From the IMG/VR virus record IMGVR_UViG_3300020469_003155, positions 1-37,664 of that record: a stretch of DNA of 37,664 nucleotides. One strand, 5' to 3'. The DNA is from a virus (taxonomy: Duplodnaviria; Caudoviricetes). Below the pieces are notes generated by a model. The model was not told the DNA's origin, searched no databases, and worked only from the letters and a program-made list of their open reading frames with translations. Positions within the stretch are counted from its first letter, which is position 1; each line of letters begins with the position of its first letter. The translations under genes and the position numbers were made by a program. Shown piece after piece: positions 26,213 through 35,619 of this stretch.

Positions 26213-29200
26213 ATGGCAACAATTTTAGACCTTGGAAAACTAAGATTTCATTTTGCAGGCGTATATGACGCCGCAACAGAATATGAAATGAACGACATCG
26301 TCAAATATGGCGGTAATGTCTATGTTTATTCAAATGTAACTAAGACAACAGGTAATATACCAACTAACACAGCATATTGGACCTTAATGGTCGAAGGCTT
26401 TAAATTTAGACAGGTATATGATCAGGCAACGCAATATCGTGTAGGCGATGGTGTAACACACGGTGGTAAAGTATATATTTGTATACTAGACACACAAGGA
26501 AATACGCCTCCAAATGCGACATACTGGAGTCAATTTGCAGACGGAATTCAATGGGAAGGTGATTTCTCAACAGTAGTAAATTATCAGAAAAATGATCTTG
26601 TCAAATACGGTTCACAAGTCTATATTGCCAAACAAGATACTTTAAGTAATTTACCAACTAACGCAACATTTTGGGATAAGTTTGTTGAAGGCGTTAGCCC
26701 ACAAGGTGTTTATAATGCCGCTACAGCATATACACCAGGAGACTTAGTAGCATATGGTGCAAACATTTATCGTTGTATAGCTAACAGTACGGGTAATTTA
26801 CCAACACAAACAGCTTATTTTGAAAACTTTATCAATGGTAACGACTTTCAAGGTGTTTGGTCAAATTCAACTCTTTATTTAGTTGGACAAACTATACGTT
26901 ATGGCGGTAATGTTTATAAAGCTAAGACAGATAATACTGGCTTCCAACCAGATACAAATACGGCACAATGGGATGAGTTTAGTACAGGTGTAAATTCTAG
27001 AGGCACTTGGTCTACAGCAACTGATTATGCCATTAACGATGTTGTTGCTTATGGTGGTAATACATATATTGTTCTAGTTGGACACACATCAGGAGTATTT
27101 GCAACTGATTTAGCCGCAGGTAAATGGCAAAAATTTAATAGTGGCATACGCTACATGGGTAACTGGACTACAGGTACACAATATCTTAAAGATGATATTG
27201 TTAAGAGTAGTGTTAGTACATATATTTGTCTAGTAGATCACACAGCTGGCGCAGACTTTTTTATAGATTTGAACACAAACAACTATTGGGAAGTATTTGT
27301 TGTTGGTGCTAGTTATGTGCTTCCAGCTACAACAGGTAATGCAGGTAAGTATCTACAAACTCCAGATGGAGCAACATACAGCTGGCAATTCTCTAATGCC
27401 AATGATAAAATTTATTATGTAGCAGAAGACTCAACCAGTAGTGCTGATGATGTAAATCATGGACAGGCGATTGATTATGCTTTTGCTAGTTTAAAATATG
27501 CATGTACATATATTGCGGCAGATACAGTAAACAGAACACCAGCTACAATCTTTATCAAAGACGGAACATACAGCGAAGTACTTCCAATTACTATACCAGC
27601 TAATGTTACTATTGTTGGTGATGGTCAGCGTAACTGTATCATTCAACCAGCCGCTGGTAATGGCGATAACGGTGTACCAAACACAGAAGAAACAATGTTT
27701 TATGTAGACAGCGGTGTAATGATTGAAGGTCTACTATTAAAAGGATTAACAGGATTTCAAATTGGAACTCCGTTGGATCTTTCAACAGCAACAATCAAAG
27801 GTTGTTATTTTAGATTAAAAGCTGGTGCAAATTTACTTAAATCACCTTACATCAAAGAATCAAGTGCATTTAGTTCAGGTGGTGTTGGTGCTATTGTTGA
27901 TGGATCAACAGTTGCCGCAGGCACAGCGGGTAGTATGGTGTTTCACACATTTACACAAGTACATGATGGTGGTATTGGTTTTTGGATTAAAGACAATGGA
28001 TTGAGTGAGATTGTTTCTTGCTTTACTTACTACAATGATTATGGATATGTTGCAACAGGAGGCGGTAAAATCCGTGCATTGAACGGAAACAACAGTTATG
28101 GTACTTACGGTGCTGTTAGTGCTGGTTTTGATACAACAGAAGTTCCACTTAGTGGATATATGTACGGTGATACAGTTGAATATACAGCTAGTACACTTAA
28201 TACACCAGACGGATTTACAGTTGGCGACACAATAACATATGGTGCAACAGCTACAGTAGCTATTGCAAGTGTATCAAATGAACAACAATGTACAGTAGTA
28301 ACAAGTGGTGCCCATGGATTAGCTGAAGGCGATATGATTGCATTCAGCGGTGTATCACCAAGTGCATGGCAACAACTACTAGGAAGCCATACTACAGCAA
28401 GCATGTACAATAGAACTTGGTATGCAGATGTAGTTAATAGTACTACTTTTAGAATATGTACCAATTCAGACTTAACAAACTACTTTGATACAAGAAGTGT
28501 AGCAGGTTGGGGTATTGTTACCGAAACAATCAGCGATGCTACAAGAGCTAATCCTGTGGTTATAACAATGACAGGACATGGATATTCAAACGGTGATACA
28601 GTGCAAAATATTAGTAGTGTAGTTGGTATGACACAATTAAACGGAAACACTTATTATGCTAACAATGTTACAGCAAACACAGTTCAACTTTATACAGATG
28701 CAGGATTAACAACAACATTAGATGGTACTGCTTTCAGCACTTATACCAGCGGTGGTACTGCTGAAAGAGTATTAACAGGTACAGCATTTGGCGGCGGTAA
28801 CATAATTGATCACGGGTTGATAACATCTACAGTTGCAAATATTCAGACAAACTTAAATCCAGCTACCAAACATAGACTGGTATTAAATGATTACAAAAAA
28901 GGTTATACAGGAAAAACAATTAAGGTTCATGTACAAAATGATCATGGTGGAAATACATATCGATTTGATGGACAAGAACTTCCGACACTTAAATTAGATA
29001 CTAAACACAGAATGTATATCTTTGAACAAAATGATATTACAAATAACGGACACCCACTTTACTTTAGTACTACAGCAGATGGTATACATGGGGGTGGTAC
29101 AGAATTTAATCCTACTAAAGATGCCGCAACTGGACTCACAGGTAATGCTGTGGAATATTACTTAGATGGAGTAAAGCAAGCTGACTTAGCCGCATATAAT

Positions 29201-30970
29201 ACAGGATTCAATGCTGCAACTAGCAGAGAAGTATGGCTAGTTGGATCTACTAGTGATTTATTTCCAGTTTGTGTTAATCACTCGGGTATGGGAGGTACAA
29301 CACCTTATACGTCAAGTGCTGGAACATATAACGGAACAACTGGTATTTTAGTATTGACTATCGGAACACACAGTTTAGTAGCAGGTGATTTTGTACATAT
29401 TGACACTGACAGTGTAACATTTACTTGTACTAAAGATGCAAATGCAACAAATCATACATATCCTAGAAGCAGTGATCCTGCAAATACAAGTTGGTATGTA
29501 AAAGTAATCACAGTTAGTGGAACAACTATTACTGTTAATGTTGGAAAATCACCAACAAATGAAACATATGCTCATACATATGTTAGTTCAACAGCAAACA
29601 ATGTTAGTTCAACTACATATAACCCATTAATTAAATACACTGCAGCGACTCAGCATAGTACAACAGTTGCTGACAGTGATACAGTTTCAGGTATATACAC
29701 TTATCCTTATGTAAATAATACAACTATTACTGCACAAGACGGTCAAAGTGCTACGCTATTAACTGTAGATGCAAACCAAGGACAGTTTGGTTTTGCACTA
29801 GTATTAGCAGGACTACCAGAAGAACCTAGAGCAGGCGCTAGTATTGAGTTTTTAACTAATACAACATATAACCCAGCAGATAATACAGATATTGTACAAA
29901 CACCCAATTATGGTGCCGATGCATTAACTTATATTATTACGGCAGTGAGTGGATATACGCAAACACAAGACCCAGTACTAAAAGGTACTTGCACAGTTAC
30001 ACTAGCTACTGAAAAACAAAACACTAGTGCAACATATTATGGACAAAAATTTAAAATTAGATATAACTATAGCCAAGTACGATTAACAGGACATGACTTT
30101 CTAAGTATTGGTACAGGTGGCAAAACAACCACTAACTATCCAGGTGAACCAACACAAGCGGCTTCACAAGGTAACGAAGTTACAGAGACATATCCAGGTC
30201 GTGTTTACTATGTAAGTACAGACCAAGATGGTAACTTTAGAGTTGGTAGTTACTTTAGAGTTGATCAAGCTACAGGTAGAGCTACATTGGATGCCAGTGC
30301 ATTTGACCTAGCTGGTCTTACAAGTTTGAGATTGGGTAGTATTGGTGCTCAGTTAGGTGAATCAATTAACGAATTTAGTGCAGACGGCACACTTAGCGGA
30401 AATAGTAATTTAGCAGTACCAACGGAACAAGCTGTCAAAACTTATGTAGATGCAAGGACTGGATCAAACATTACTACAGTTGGTACAGTAACAAGTGGTA
30501 CATTAGGAGATGGAGCTGCAATTAGTACAGTAACAACAAGTTTAGGTAGTGATGCAACAGGAGATGTATACTATAGAAACGCAGGTGGTAAGTTAACCAG
30601 ACTAGGTATTGGTAATGCCGCTGAATCATTGACTGTATCCGCTGGCGGAATACCAGAATGGGCAGCAGCTTCAGGTGGATACCAATATGAAGTTAAGAGT
30701 GCTGATTTTACAGCGGCAAGCGGAAGTGCATATCTAGTAGATACTTCAGCCGCAGTCACTGTAACATTACCAGCTAGTCCGAGTGCAGGTGACTTTTTAA
30801 TGATTATTGACGGCAGTGGTACAGCTGACACATATAATATCACAGTAGCCAGGAACGGTAGTGTAATACACCGACAAGAAAATGATTTAGATATTGATTA
30901 CGGTGAAACTGCACTAGAGCTTGTGTATATGGATGCTACCAACGGTTGGGTAATTACTAATCTACTATAA
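26213..30970 (+). CDS. Giant multidomain virion/fiber protein
   Basis: Seven CBM5/12-like repeats; beta-helix-like region (IYYVAED...IFIKDGTYSE.LPI..PANVTIVGD); FCCH-like NPVVIT..GHGY..GD domains; cupredoxin-like GHPL...CVNHSGM; SQVRLTGHDFLSIGTG...STDQDGNFRVG motif; C-terminal YLVDTS..VTVTLPASPSAGD domain. Confidence 0.85.
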   Translation: MATILDLGKLRFHFAGVYDAATEYEMNDIVKYGGNVYVYSNVTKTTGNIPTNTAYWTLMVEGFKFRQVYDQATQYRVGDGVTHGGKVYICILDTQGNTPPNATYWSQFADGIQWEGDFSTVVNYQKNDLVKYGSQVYIAKQDTLSNLPTNATFWDKFVEGVSPQGVYNAATAYTPGDLVAYGANIYRCIANSTGNLPTQTAYFENFINGNDFQGVWSNSTLYLVGQTIRYGGNVYKAKTDNTGFQPDTNTAQWDEFSTGVNSRGTWSTATDYAINDVVAYGGNTYIVLVGHTSGVFATDLAAGKWQKFNSGIRYMGNWTTGTQYLKDDIVKSSVSTYICLVDHTAGADFFIDLNTNNYWEVFVVGASYVLPATTGNAGKYLQTPDGATYSWQFSNANDKIYYVAEDSTSSADDVNHGQAIDYAFASLKYACTYIAADTVNRTPATIFIKDGTYSEVLPITIPANVTIVGDGQRNCIIQPAAGNGDNGVPNTEETMFYVDSGVMIEGLLLKGLTGFQIGTPLDLSTATIKGCYFRLKAGANLLKSPYIKESSAFSSGGVGAIVDGSTVAAGTAGSMVFHTFTQVHDGGIGFWIKDNGLSEIVSCFTYYNDYGYVATGGGKIRALNGNNSYGTYGAVSAGFDTTEVPLSGYMYGDTVEYTASTLNTPDGFTVGDTITYGATATVAIASVSNEQQCTVVTSGAHGLAEGDMIAFSGVSPSAWQQLLGSHTTASMYNRTWYADVVNSTTFRICTNSDLTNYFDTRSVAGWGIVTETISDATRANPVVITMTGHGYSNGDTVQNISSVVGMTQLNGNTYYANNVTANTVQLYTDAGLTTTLDGTAFSTYTSGGTAERVLTGTAFGGGNIIDHGLITSTVANIQTNLNPATKHRLVLNDYKKGYTGKTIKVHVQNDHGGNTYRFDGQELPTLKLDTKHRMYIFEQNDITNNGHPLYFSTTADGIHGGGTEFNPTKDAATGLTGNAVEYYLDGVKQADLAAYNTGFNAATSREVWLVGSTSDLFPVCVNHSGMGGTTPYTSSAGTYNGTTGILVLTIGTHSLVAGDFVHIDTDSVTFTCTKDANATNHTYPRSSDPANTSWYVKVITVSGTTITVNVGKSPTNETYAHTYVSSTANNVSSTTYNPLIKYTAATQHSTTVADSDTVSGIYTYPYVNNTTITAQDGQSATLLTVDANQGQFGFALVLAGLPEEPRAGASIEFLTNTTYNPADNTDIVQTPNYGADALTYIITAVSGYTQTQDPVLKGTCTVTLATEKQNTSATYYGQKFKIRYNYSQVRLTGHDFLSIGTGGKTTTNYPGEPTQAASQGNEVTETYPGRVYYVSTDQDGNFRVGSYFRVDQATGRATLDASAFDLAGLTSLRLGSIGAQLGESINEFSADGTLSGNSNLAVPTEQAVKTYVDARTGSNITTVGTVTSGTLGDGAAISTVTTSLGSDATGDVYYRNAGGKLTRLGIGNAAESLTVSAGGIPEWAAASGGYQYEVKSADFTAASGSAYLVDTSAAVTVTLPASPSAGDFLMIIDGSGTADTYNITVARNGSVIHRQENDLDIDYGETALELVYMDATNGWVITNLL
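26252..27300 (+). repeat. Seven tandem ~49-aa carbohydrate-binding-module-like repeats (approximate bounds)
   Basis: Consensus G.(W/Y)...T.Y...D.V.YGG..Y, e.g. AGVYDAATEYEMNDIVKYGGNVY and RGTWSTATDYAINDVVAYGGNTY. Confidence 0.8.
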
Positions 30971-30981
30971 GATAAAAAATG

Positions 30982-30989
30982 TATAAATA
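30982..30989 (+). promoter_or_regulatory. Consensus T4 late promoter TATAAATA
   Basis: Perfect match, AAGGA RBS, ATG 31017. Confidence 0.8.
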
Positions 30990-31016
30990 AGTATAACAAA
31001 GGATTAAGGAAAGAAA

Positions 31017-31994
31017 ATGGCAAGTATTAAAGATTTTTTCGGAGCGGCAGGAACTGGTACACTGACCCGTACCACCCATGGAACTACCGGTCAAGCATAT
31101 ACATGGTCATGCTGTAGTGCGTGTTGTTACTGTATCCCAAGCAGTGCTACTACTTGGGTAGGAGAAATGTGGGGACAAGGCGCTGGATCAGGCAACAACT
31201 GTTGTTGTGAATGGGGCTGTAGAGGCGGCGGTGGAGCCAATTACGGTAGTCAGCGGATGACTAACTTTAGCTGTGGTAGTGCTAGAACTATATGTTATTG
31301 TGGATGTACATGTTATTGTCAAACTCCATCTAGTGATGGTGCACCAGGACAGTTTAGTAAAATTACTGACTGCACAGGACCTTTTTGTACTTGTATAGGT
31401 GGCGGACAACCAGGATGTGCTTGTTGTAACTATGGTGGTACACCAAATTATATGCAAGATGTTAACCCAGAAATGGATTTTAATGCAAGTAGTGGTGGTG
31501 GTGGAGCCACTGGTGGAACAGGCGGAAATCAATACACTGGTTGGCAGAACGTCAATACTCCATTTACTCAAGGTGGACAAGATCAATTTGGTAGCCCATT
31601 TTCAGGCTTCACTGGAGGCGCCTCATCCGGCGGTGGCGGAGGAGACTCAAATGCTACAACCCAATTTCCTACTGGTAATAGTTGTTGTAGTAGTGGTTGT
31701 ATGACCAGTGGCACAACTGACTCTAATAATACTTTTGTAAGTAGAAGAGGTGCATTAGGATTTAGTAGATTAGGTGGCCAATGTAACGTAAGTTGCATTA
31801 GAGGAGGCGGTGGAGCCAGTTATGCTGGTGGTTTCCAAACTGAAAAATGTCACCAAGCTGGTAATTGGGCTTATTGCGGATGTAACGGTATGATACCAGG
31901 AGGTGGCGCTGGATCCGGCGGAGCCTGTGGAGGCGGGTGCTGTTATGGTGCTTGCGGAGCACCGGGCGTAGTTTTAATAAGTTATGATAACTAG
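31017..31994 (+). CDS. Cys-rich glycine-rich protein (putative fiber-tip adhesin)
   Basis: 33 Cys in 325 aa by manual count. EMWGQGAGSG...GGGGANY...PGGGAGSG...GAPGVVLISY is the frame of phage glycine-rich tip domains. Confidence 0.75.
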   Translation: MASIKDFFGAAGTGTLTRTTHGTTGQAYTWSCCSACCYCIPSSATTWVGEMWGQGAGSGNNCCCEWGCRGGGGANYGSQRMTNFSCGSARTICYCGCTCYCQTPSSDGAPGQFSKITDCTGPFCTCIGGGQPGCACCNYGGTPNYMQDVNPEMDFNASSGGGGATGGTGGNQYTGWQNVNTPFTQGGQDQFGSPFSGFTGGASSGGGGGDSNATTQFPTGNSCCSSGCMTSGTTDSNNTFVSRRGALGFSRLGGQCNVSCIRGGGGASYAGGFQTEKCHQAGNWAYCGCNGMIPGGGAGSGGACGGGCCYGACGAPGVVLISYDN

Positions 31995-32007
31995 GAGAGA
32001 ATGACAA

Positions 32008-32715
32008 ATGGCAACAAGTTTTACATATAAAAGCAGAAAAGTTTACTTAAATCCTAGTAACGAAGCTGATGATCTTAAAGATGTAACAGGTAGTTATATA
32101 GGTCCAAATCAAATACTAATTAATATTTTACCTGAATCAGCTAGAAATAAAAATAACTTTTACGATATTAGTAGAGTACCTGCAGATGACGAAGATTTAG
32201 ATATTAGTAGTGTAGATGATATTGAAGAAACTGCACCACAAGGCGGCACATGGCATATCTTAGATAAGAGTGATGCAAATGATATTATTTTTATGGATAT
32301 GTTGATGGGATGTCGTGGACATACTAATGTATGGCAAATTACTCTAATAAAAGAAATAACATTAGAAGATGGGTCAACGTATAAAATGCAGTATAGAAAT
32401 CCTGTAGATGATGATACAAGACATACTTTTAGTATTGTTAATACTACTGTTGACACAGACGGTACTATTAACTTCGTAAGAACTGAACAATGGGCAACTA
32501 CAGAATCAATTCAAGAACAATGTGAAGAAAAAATGTCTGCACTTCGAAAAATCTATGATAACACAGTAAGTGCAGCGGCTAAAGCTAAGTATAAAAATTT
32601 ACTTGAAGTTTACGAGGTAATTGATACCGATTTAGCATTAACACATCCTAGATTGAACGAAATTGAATTCCCAAATCTTGCGACCCTTGCTCAAGGATCT
32701 ACATTTCCTGAATAA
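32008..32715 (+). CDS. Hypothetical protein, possible fiber assembly chaperone for the upstream Cys-rich protein
   Basis: AGGAG RBS, acidic. C-terminal W...IQEQCEEKM...KYKNLL...IEFP loosely resembles tail-fiber assembly chaperones. Confidence 0.6.
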   Translation: MATSFTYKSRKVYLNPSNEADDLKDVTGSYIGPNQILINILPESARNKNNFYDISRVPADDEDLDISSVDDIEETAPQGGTWHILDKSDANDIIFMDMLMGCRGHTNVWQITLIKEITLEDGSTYKMQYRNPVDDDTRHTFSIVNTTVDTDGTINFVRTEQWATTESIQEQCEEKMSALRKIYDNTVSAAAKAKYKNLLEVYEVIDTDLALTHPRLNEIEFPNLATLAQGSTFPE

Positions 32716-32721
32716 TAATAG

Positions 32722-32750
32722 TTGACAACTAGTCATATATAGTATATCAT
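32722..32750 (+). promoter_or_regulatory. Sigma70-type promoter
   Basis: TTGACA (32722-32727), 17 nt, TATCAT (32745-32750). GAGG RBS before ATG 32781. Confidence 0.78.
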
Positions 32751-32780
32751 AATATTGAAAAACTATATAAATGAGGTCAC

Positions 32781-33752
32781 ATGAAAAAACACACAGCATT
32801 TTTCTTTAACGGAGGTGCTGGAAGAGTACTATGTGCTATTCCAGCTTTAGAACTTTATCACAAAGAGAACCCAGAAGATGATTTTATAGTAATACTCGAG
32901 TCTTGGTTTGATTTAATTAGAGGACATCCTTTATTACATAAACGTTCATATACAATGGACACGCCAAATTTATTTGAAGAAAAAATACGTGATAGAAGAT
33001 GTATAGGAACAGAACCTTATCGAGTATGGGAATACTACAATCAAAAATGTAGTTTATCACAAGCATATGATATAGAAATAAATAACAAAGGTATCAGAGA
33101 GCTAGCTGTACCTAGTATGCATTTTAGTTCAGACGAAGAAGTAAATGCATTTCATCTTGTAAACGATGTTAAAGAGAAAACTAAAAAAGATAAAGTATTA
33201 GTATTACAACCTTTCGGTAGAGGTGCCAAAGAAACCGCAGGCTTTGTTCATGATAGTGGCGGACGTAGCTTAGATATAATGGATACAATAGAACTTGTAA
33301 AAAAATTACAAAAGAATGATTTTGGTGTAATTATGATGTCAGAATTTGAAATGGATTGGAAATCTAGAGGATGCGTAGATACAGTAGCAACTCCTAAACT
33401 CGAACTCAGGCATTGGGCAAGTGTGATTGAAGCAGCAGATCATTTTTTAGGTATTGATAGTGTAGGTCAACATATGGCAGTAGCTTGTGGCACTACTAGT
33501 ACGGTTATATTTGGAAGTACATTTCCTATTAATACAAGTTATTTAAATAATACAAAAGTTGATATTATCGACTTTGACGAAGATAAAAGACAATATAGTC
33601 CCATTAGATTAACATACGATGATGTAATTGAAAGAAATAATGATCGGTGTTTATCTTTTAAAGATCAGTATAGATGTATTGATCGTATTGTTAAATCAGT
33701 AAAAATAATGACAGGAGTAAAACCTAAGCATGAACAAAAAACTAAAAAGTAA
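32781..33752 (+). CDS. Glycosyltransferase family 9-like (heptosyltransferase fold)
   Basis: GGAGRVLCAIPAL, VLQPFG, LRHWASVIEAADHFLGIDSVGQHMAVA, VIFGSTFP. Confidence 0.78.
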   Translation: MKKHTAFFFNGGAGRVLCAIPALELYHKENPEDDFIVILESWFDLIRGHPLLHKRSYTMDTPNLFEEKIRDRRCIGTEPYRVWEYYNQKCSLSQAYDIEINNKGIRELAVPSMHFSSDEEVNAFHLVNDVKEKTKKDKVLVLQPFGRGAKETAGFVHDSGGRSLDIMDTIELVKKLQKNDFGVIMMSEFEMDWKSRGCVDTVATPKLELRHWASVIEAADHFLGIDSVGQHMAVACGTTSTVIFGSTFPINTSYLNNTKVDIIDFDEDKRQYSPIRLTYDDVIERNNDRCLSFKDQYRCIDRIVKSVKIMTGVKPKHEQKTKK

Positions 33753-35619
33753 AAAAGACACAAACTGGATACTAGGTATAACAAGAGGGCATAATGGTGG
33801 TGTTTGCCTTTTAAAAAATGGTAAAGTAGTATTTTGTACAGAAGAAGAACGCTATACTAGAAAAAAGTATGATGGTGCTCCGTTGCGTAGCATTATGGAA
33901 GTTTTAAAGTATACCAAAAAATTAGATGCAGTTGGGATAGCACATACACAACCTATTACTCCTCATACAGGAGAACACGGTAAATTAGAATACACCGGAG
34001 AAAATGTTTTTGCAGGATTTTTAAGAAAAATTGGACTAATATCAAGCGAAAGATATGATGTTGGTATTGTAGACGAACATCCTCAGATTTATGATTATGG
34101 ATTAGAACATCATAAGTTACATGCTTATACCGCATTTAGTAAAAGCAACTTTGATAAAGCGGCAATACTTGTAGTAGATGGTGCTGGTAGCTTTTTACCT
34201 ATTACGGACGGATTAAGTAGTCATAAAGGACAAGGAGCCACCATTGGATGGGAAGTAGAAACTATTTTCGATGGTGATAAGAAAAGAAAAAATCCTATAC
34301 ATACTAAATTTAAAAGTATAGGTTCCAGAGATCCTATACTCTCTTCAACATTTCACATGACAGCTACTAACTTTATGCGTAGAGAAGGGACCAATGAACA
34401 TGAAGCTTTCTTACATGATCATGCAGGAATTGTAAAAACATACGAAGCAGTAACTGACTTTTGTGGTTGGCAAAGTATAGAAGCAGGTAAGACTATGGGA
34501 TTATTTCCATACGGAAAACCTAATGAAGATATAAACAAGTTGTTTATGGATGAAAGACAATCCAAATATTGGCCATTGAGTGATAGGAATATAATTGTTC
34601 CTAGTTACCCTAATGGTGCAACTGTCAATCAAAATTTAATAGTAGAATACAGTCATGAAGAAACAGGAGGAGAAGGTAAGAACAAATATGATCATCAGTT
34701 AGCAAAAGATTTAGCATATGCAGTACAAACAGAAACACAAGAACAAATGCTTAAAGCTATTATCAAAGCATCTGAAATGTGTGATAGCAAAAATGTTGTA
34801 TTAACTGGGGGTTATGCTTTAAACTGTGTTGCAAATTATTTCTATCTTGACAAACTTAATGAATTAGGAATAAATTTATATGTTGAGCCAGTTAGTAATG
34901 ATGCAGGAACTGCATTAGGAGCGGCAATATATGCACACTTAGAAGAGACAGAAAAATTTATAGAATTAGATAATAACATATACTTAGGACAACAATATAA
35001 CTATTCAGAATCTGAAATAAAAAAAGTTTGTGATTTTGATGATGTTGTGTTGACAGATAATGTAACAAATAAAGATGTTGTTAAGTTACTCAAAGATAGA
35101 AATATTGTTACAATATTTCAAGGTGGATGTGAAAATGGTCCTAGAGCATTAGGCAACCGCAGTATACTATACGATCCAACAGATCCAACCGGAAAAGATC
35201 ATGTAAACACTATTAAACACAGAGAATTTTTTAGACCGTTTGCAGGTACTATACTTAAAGAACATGTACATGAATGGTTTGATCTCAAAGGTATAGAAGC
35301 TACTCCTCATATGATGTATGCAGTTAAGTGTCAACCTGGAATTGAAGAGAAGATTCCTGCTATTATTCATGTGGATGGCACTTGTAGAATACAAACTGTA
35401 ACTGAAGAAGAGAATACTAATTACTATAACTTAATAAAAGAATGGTATAAACAAACAGGTTGCCCGATCATTTTTAATACAAGTTTTAACTTAGGTGGAG
35501 AACCTTTAGTCGAAACATTAGAAGACGCAATGCGAACATTGTCGAATAGTGATATAGAATATTTGTATTTGCCAGAATACAAAAAGTTAATTTATGTGAA
35601 AAACAATGAGCAAGTATAA
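33730..35619 (+). CDS. O-carbamoyltransferase (NodU/CmcH/TobZ family)
   Basis: GHNGG...EEERYTRKK, EHHKLHA, VVDGAG, GKTMGL.PYG, GGYALNCVAN, NDAGTALGAA, GPRALGNRSIL, KHREFFRPFA, HVDGTCRIQTV, NTSFNLGGEPLV. Confidence 0.95.
   Translation: MNKKLKSKKDTNWILGITRGHNGGVCLLKNGKVVFCTEEERYTRKKYDGAPLRSIMEVLKYTKKLDAVGIAHTQPITPHTGEHGKLEYTGENVFAGFLRKIGLISSERYDVGIVDEHPQIYDYGLEHHKLHAYTAFSKSNFDKAAILVVDGAGSFLPITDGLSSHKGQGATIGWEVETIFDGDKKRKNPIHTKFKSIGSRDPILSSTFHMTATNFMRREGTNEHEAFLHDHAGIVKTYEAVTDFCGWQSIEAGKTMGLFPYGKPNEDINKLFMDERQSKYWPLSDRNIIVPSYPNGATVNQNLIVEYSHEETGGEGKNKYDHQLAKDLAYAVQTETQEQMLKAIIKASEMCDSKNVVLTGGYALNCVANYFYLDKLNELGINLYVEPVSNDAGTALGAAIYAHLEETEKFIELDNNIYLGQQYNYSESEIKKVCDFDDVVLTDNVTNKDVVKLLKDRNIVTIFQGGCENGPRALGNRSILYDPTDPTGKDHVNTIKHREFFRPFAGTILKEHVHEWFDLKGIEATPHMMYAVKCQPGIEEKIPAIIHVDGTCRIQTVTEEENTNYYNLIKEWYKQTGCPIIFNTSFNLGGEPLVETLEDAMRTLSNSDIEYLYLPEYKKLIYVKNNEQV

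Noticed and set aside
26252-27300. CRISPR-like or nucleotide-level repeat array
   Set aside because: Repeats are degenerate, in-frame protein repeats with no identical DNA repeat-spacer pattern.
31017-32007. Selenocysteine or stop-codon recoding in the Cys-rich gene or genome-wide
   Set aside because: No in-frame TGA/TAG interrupts recognisable domains. TAG and TGA stops fall at natural protein ends followed by an RBS or promoter.
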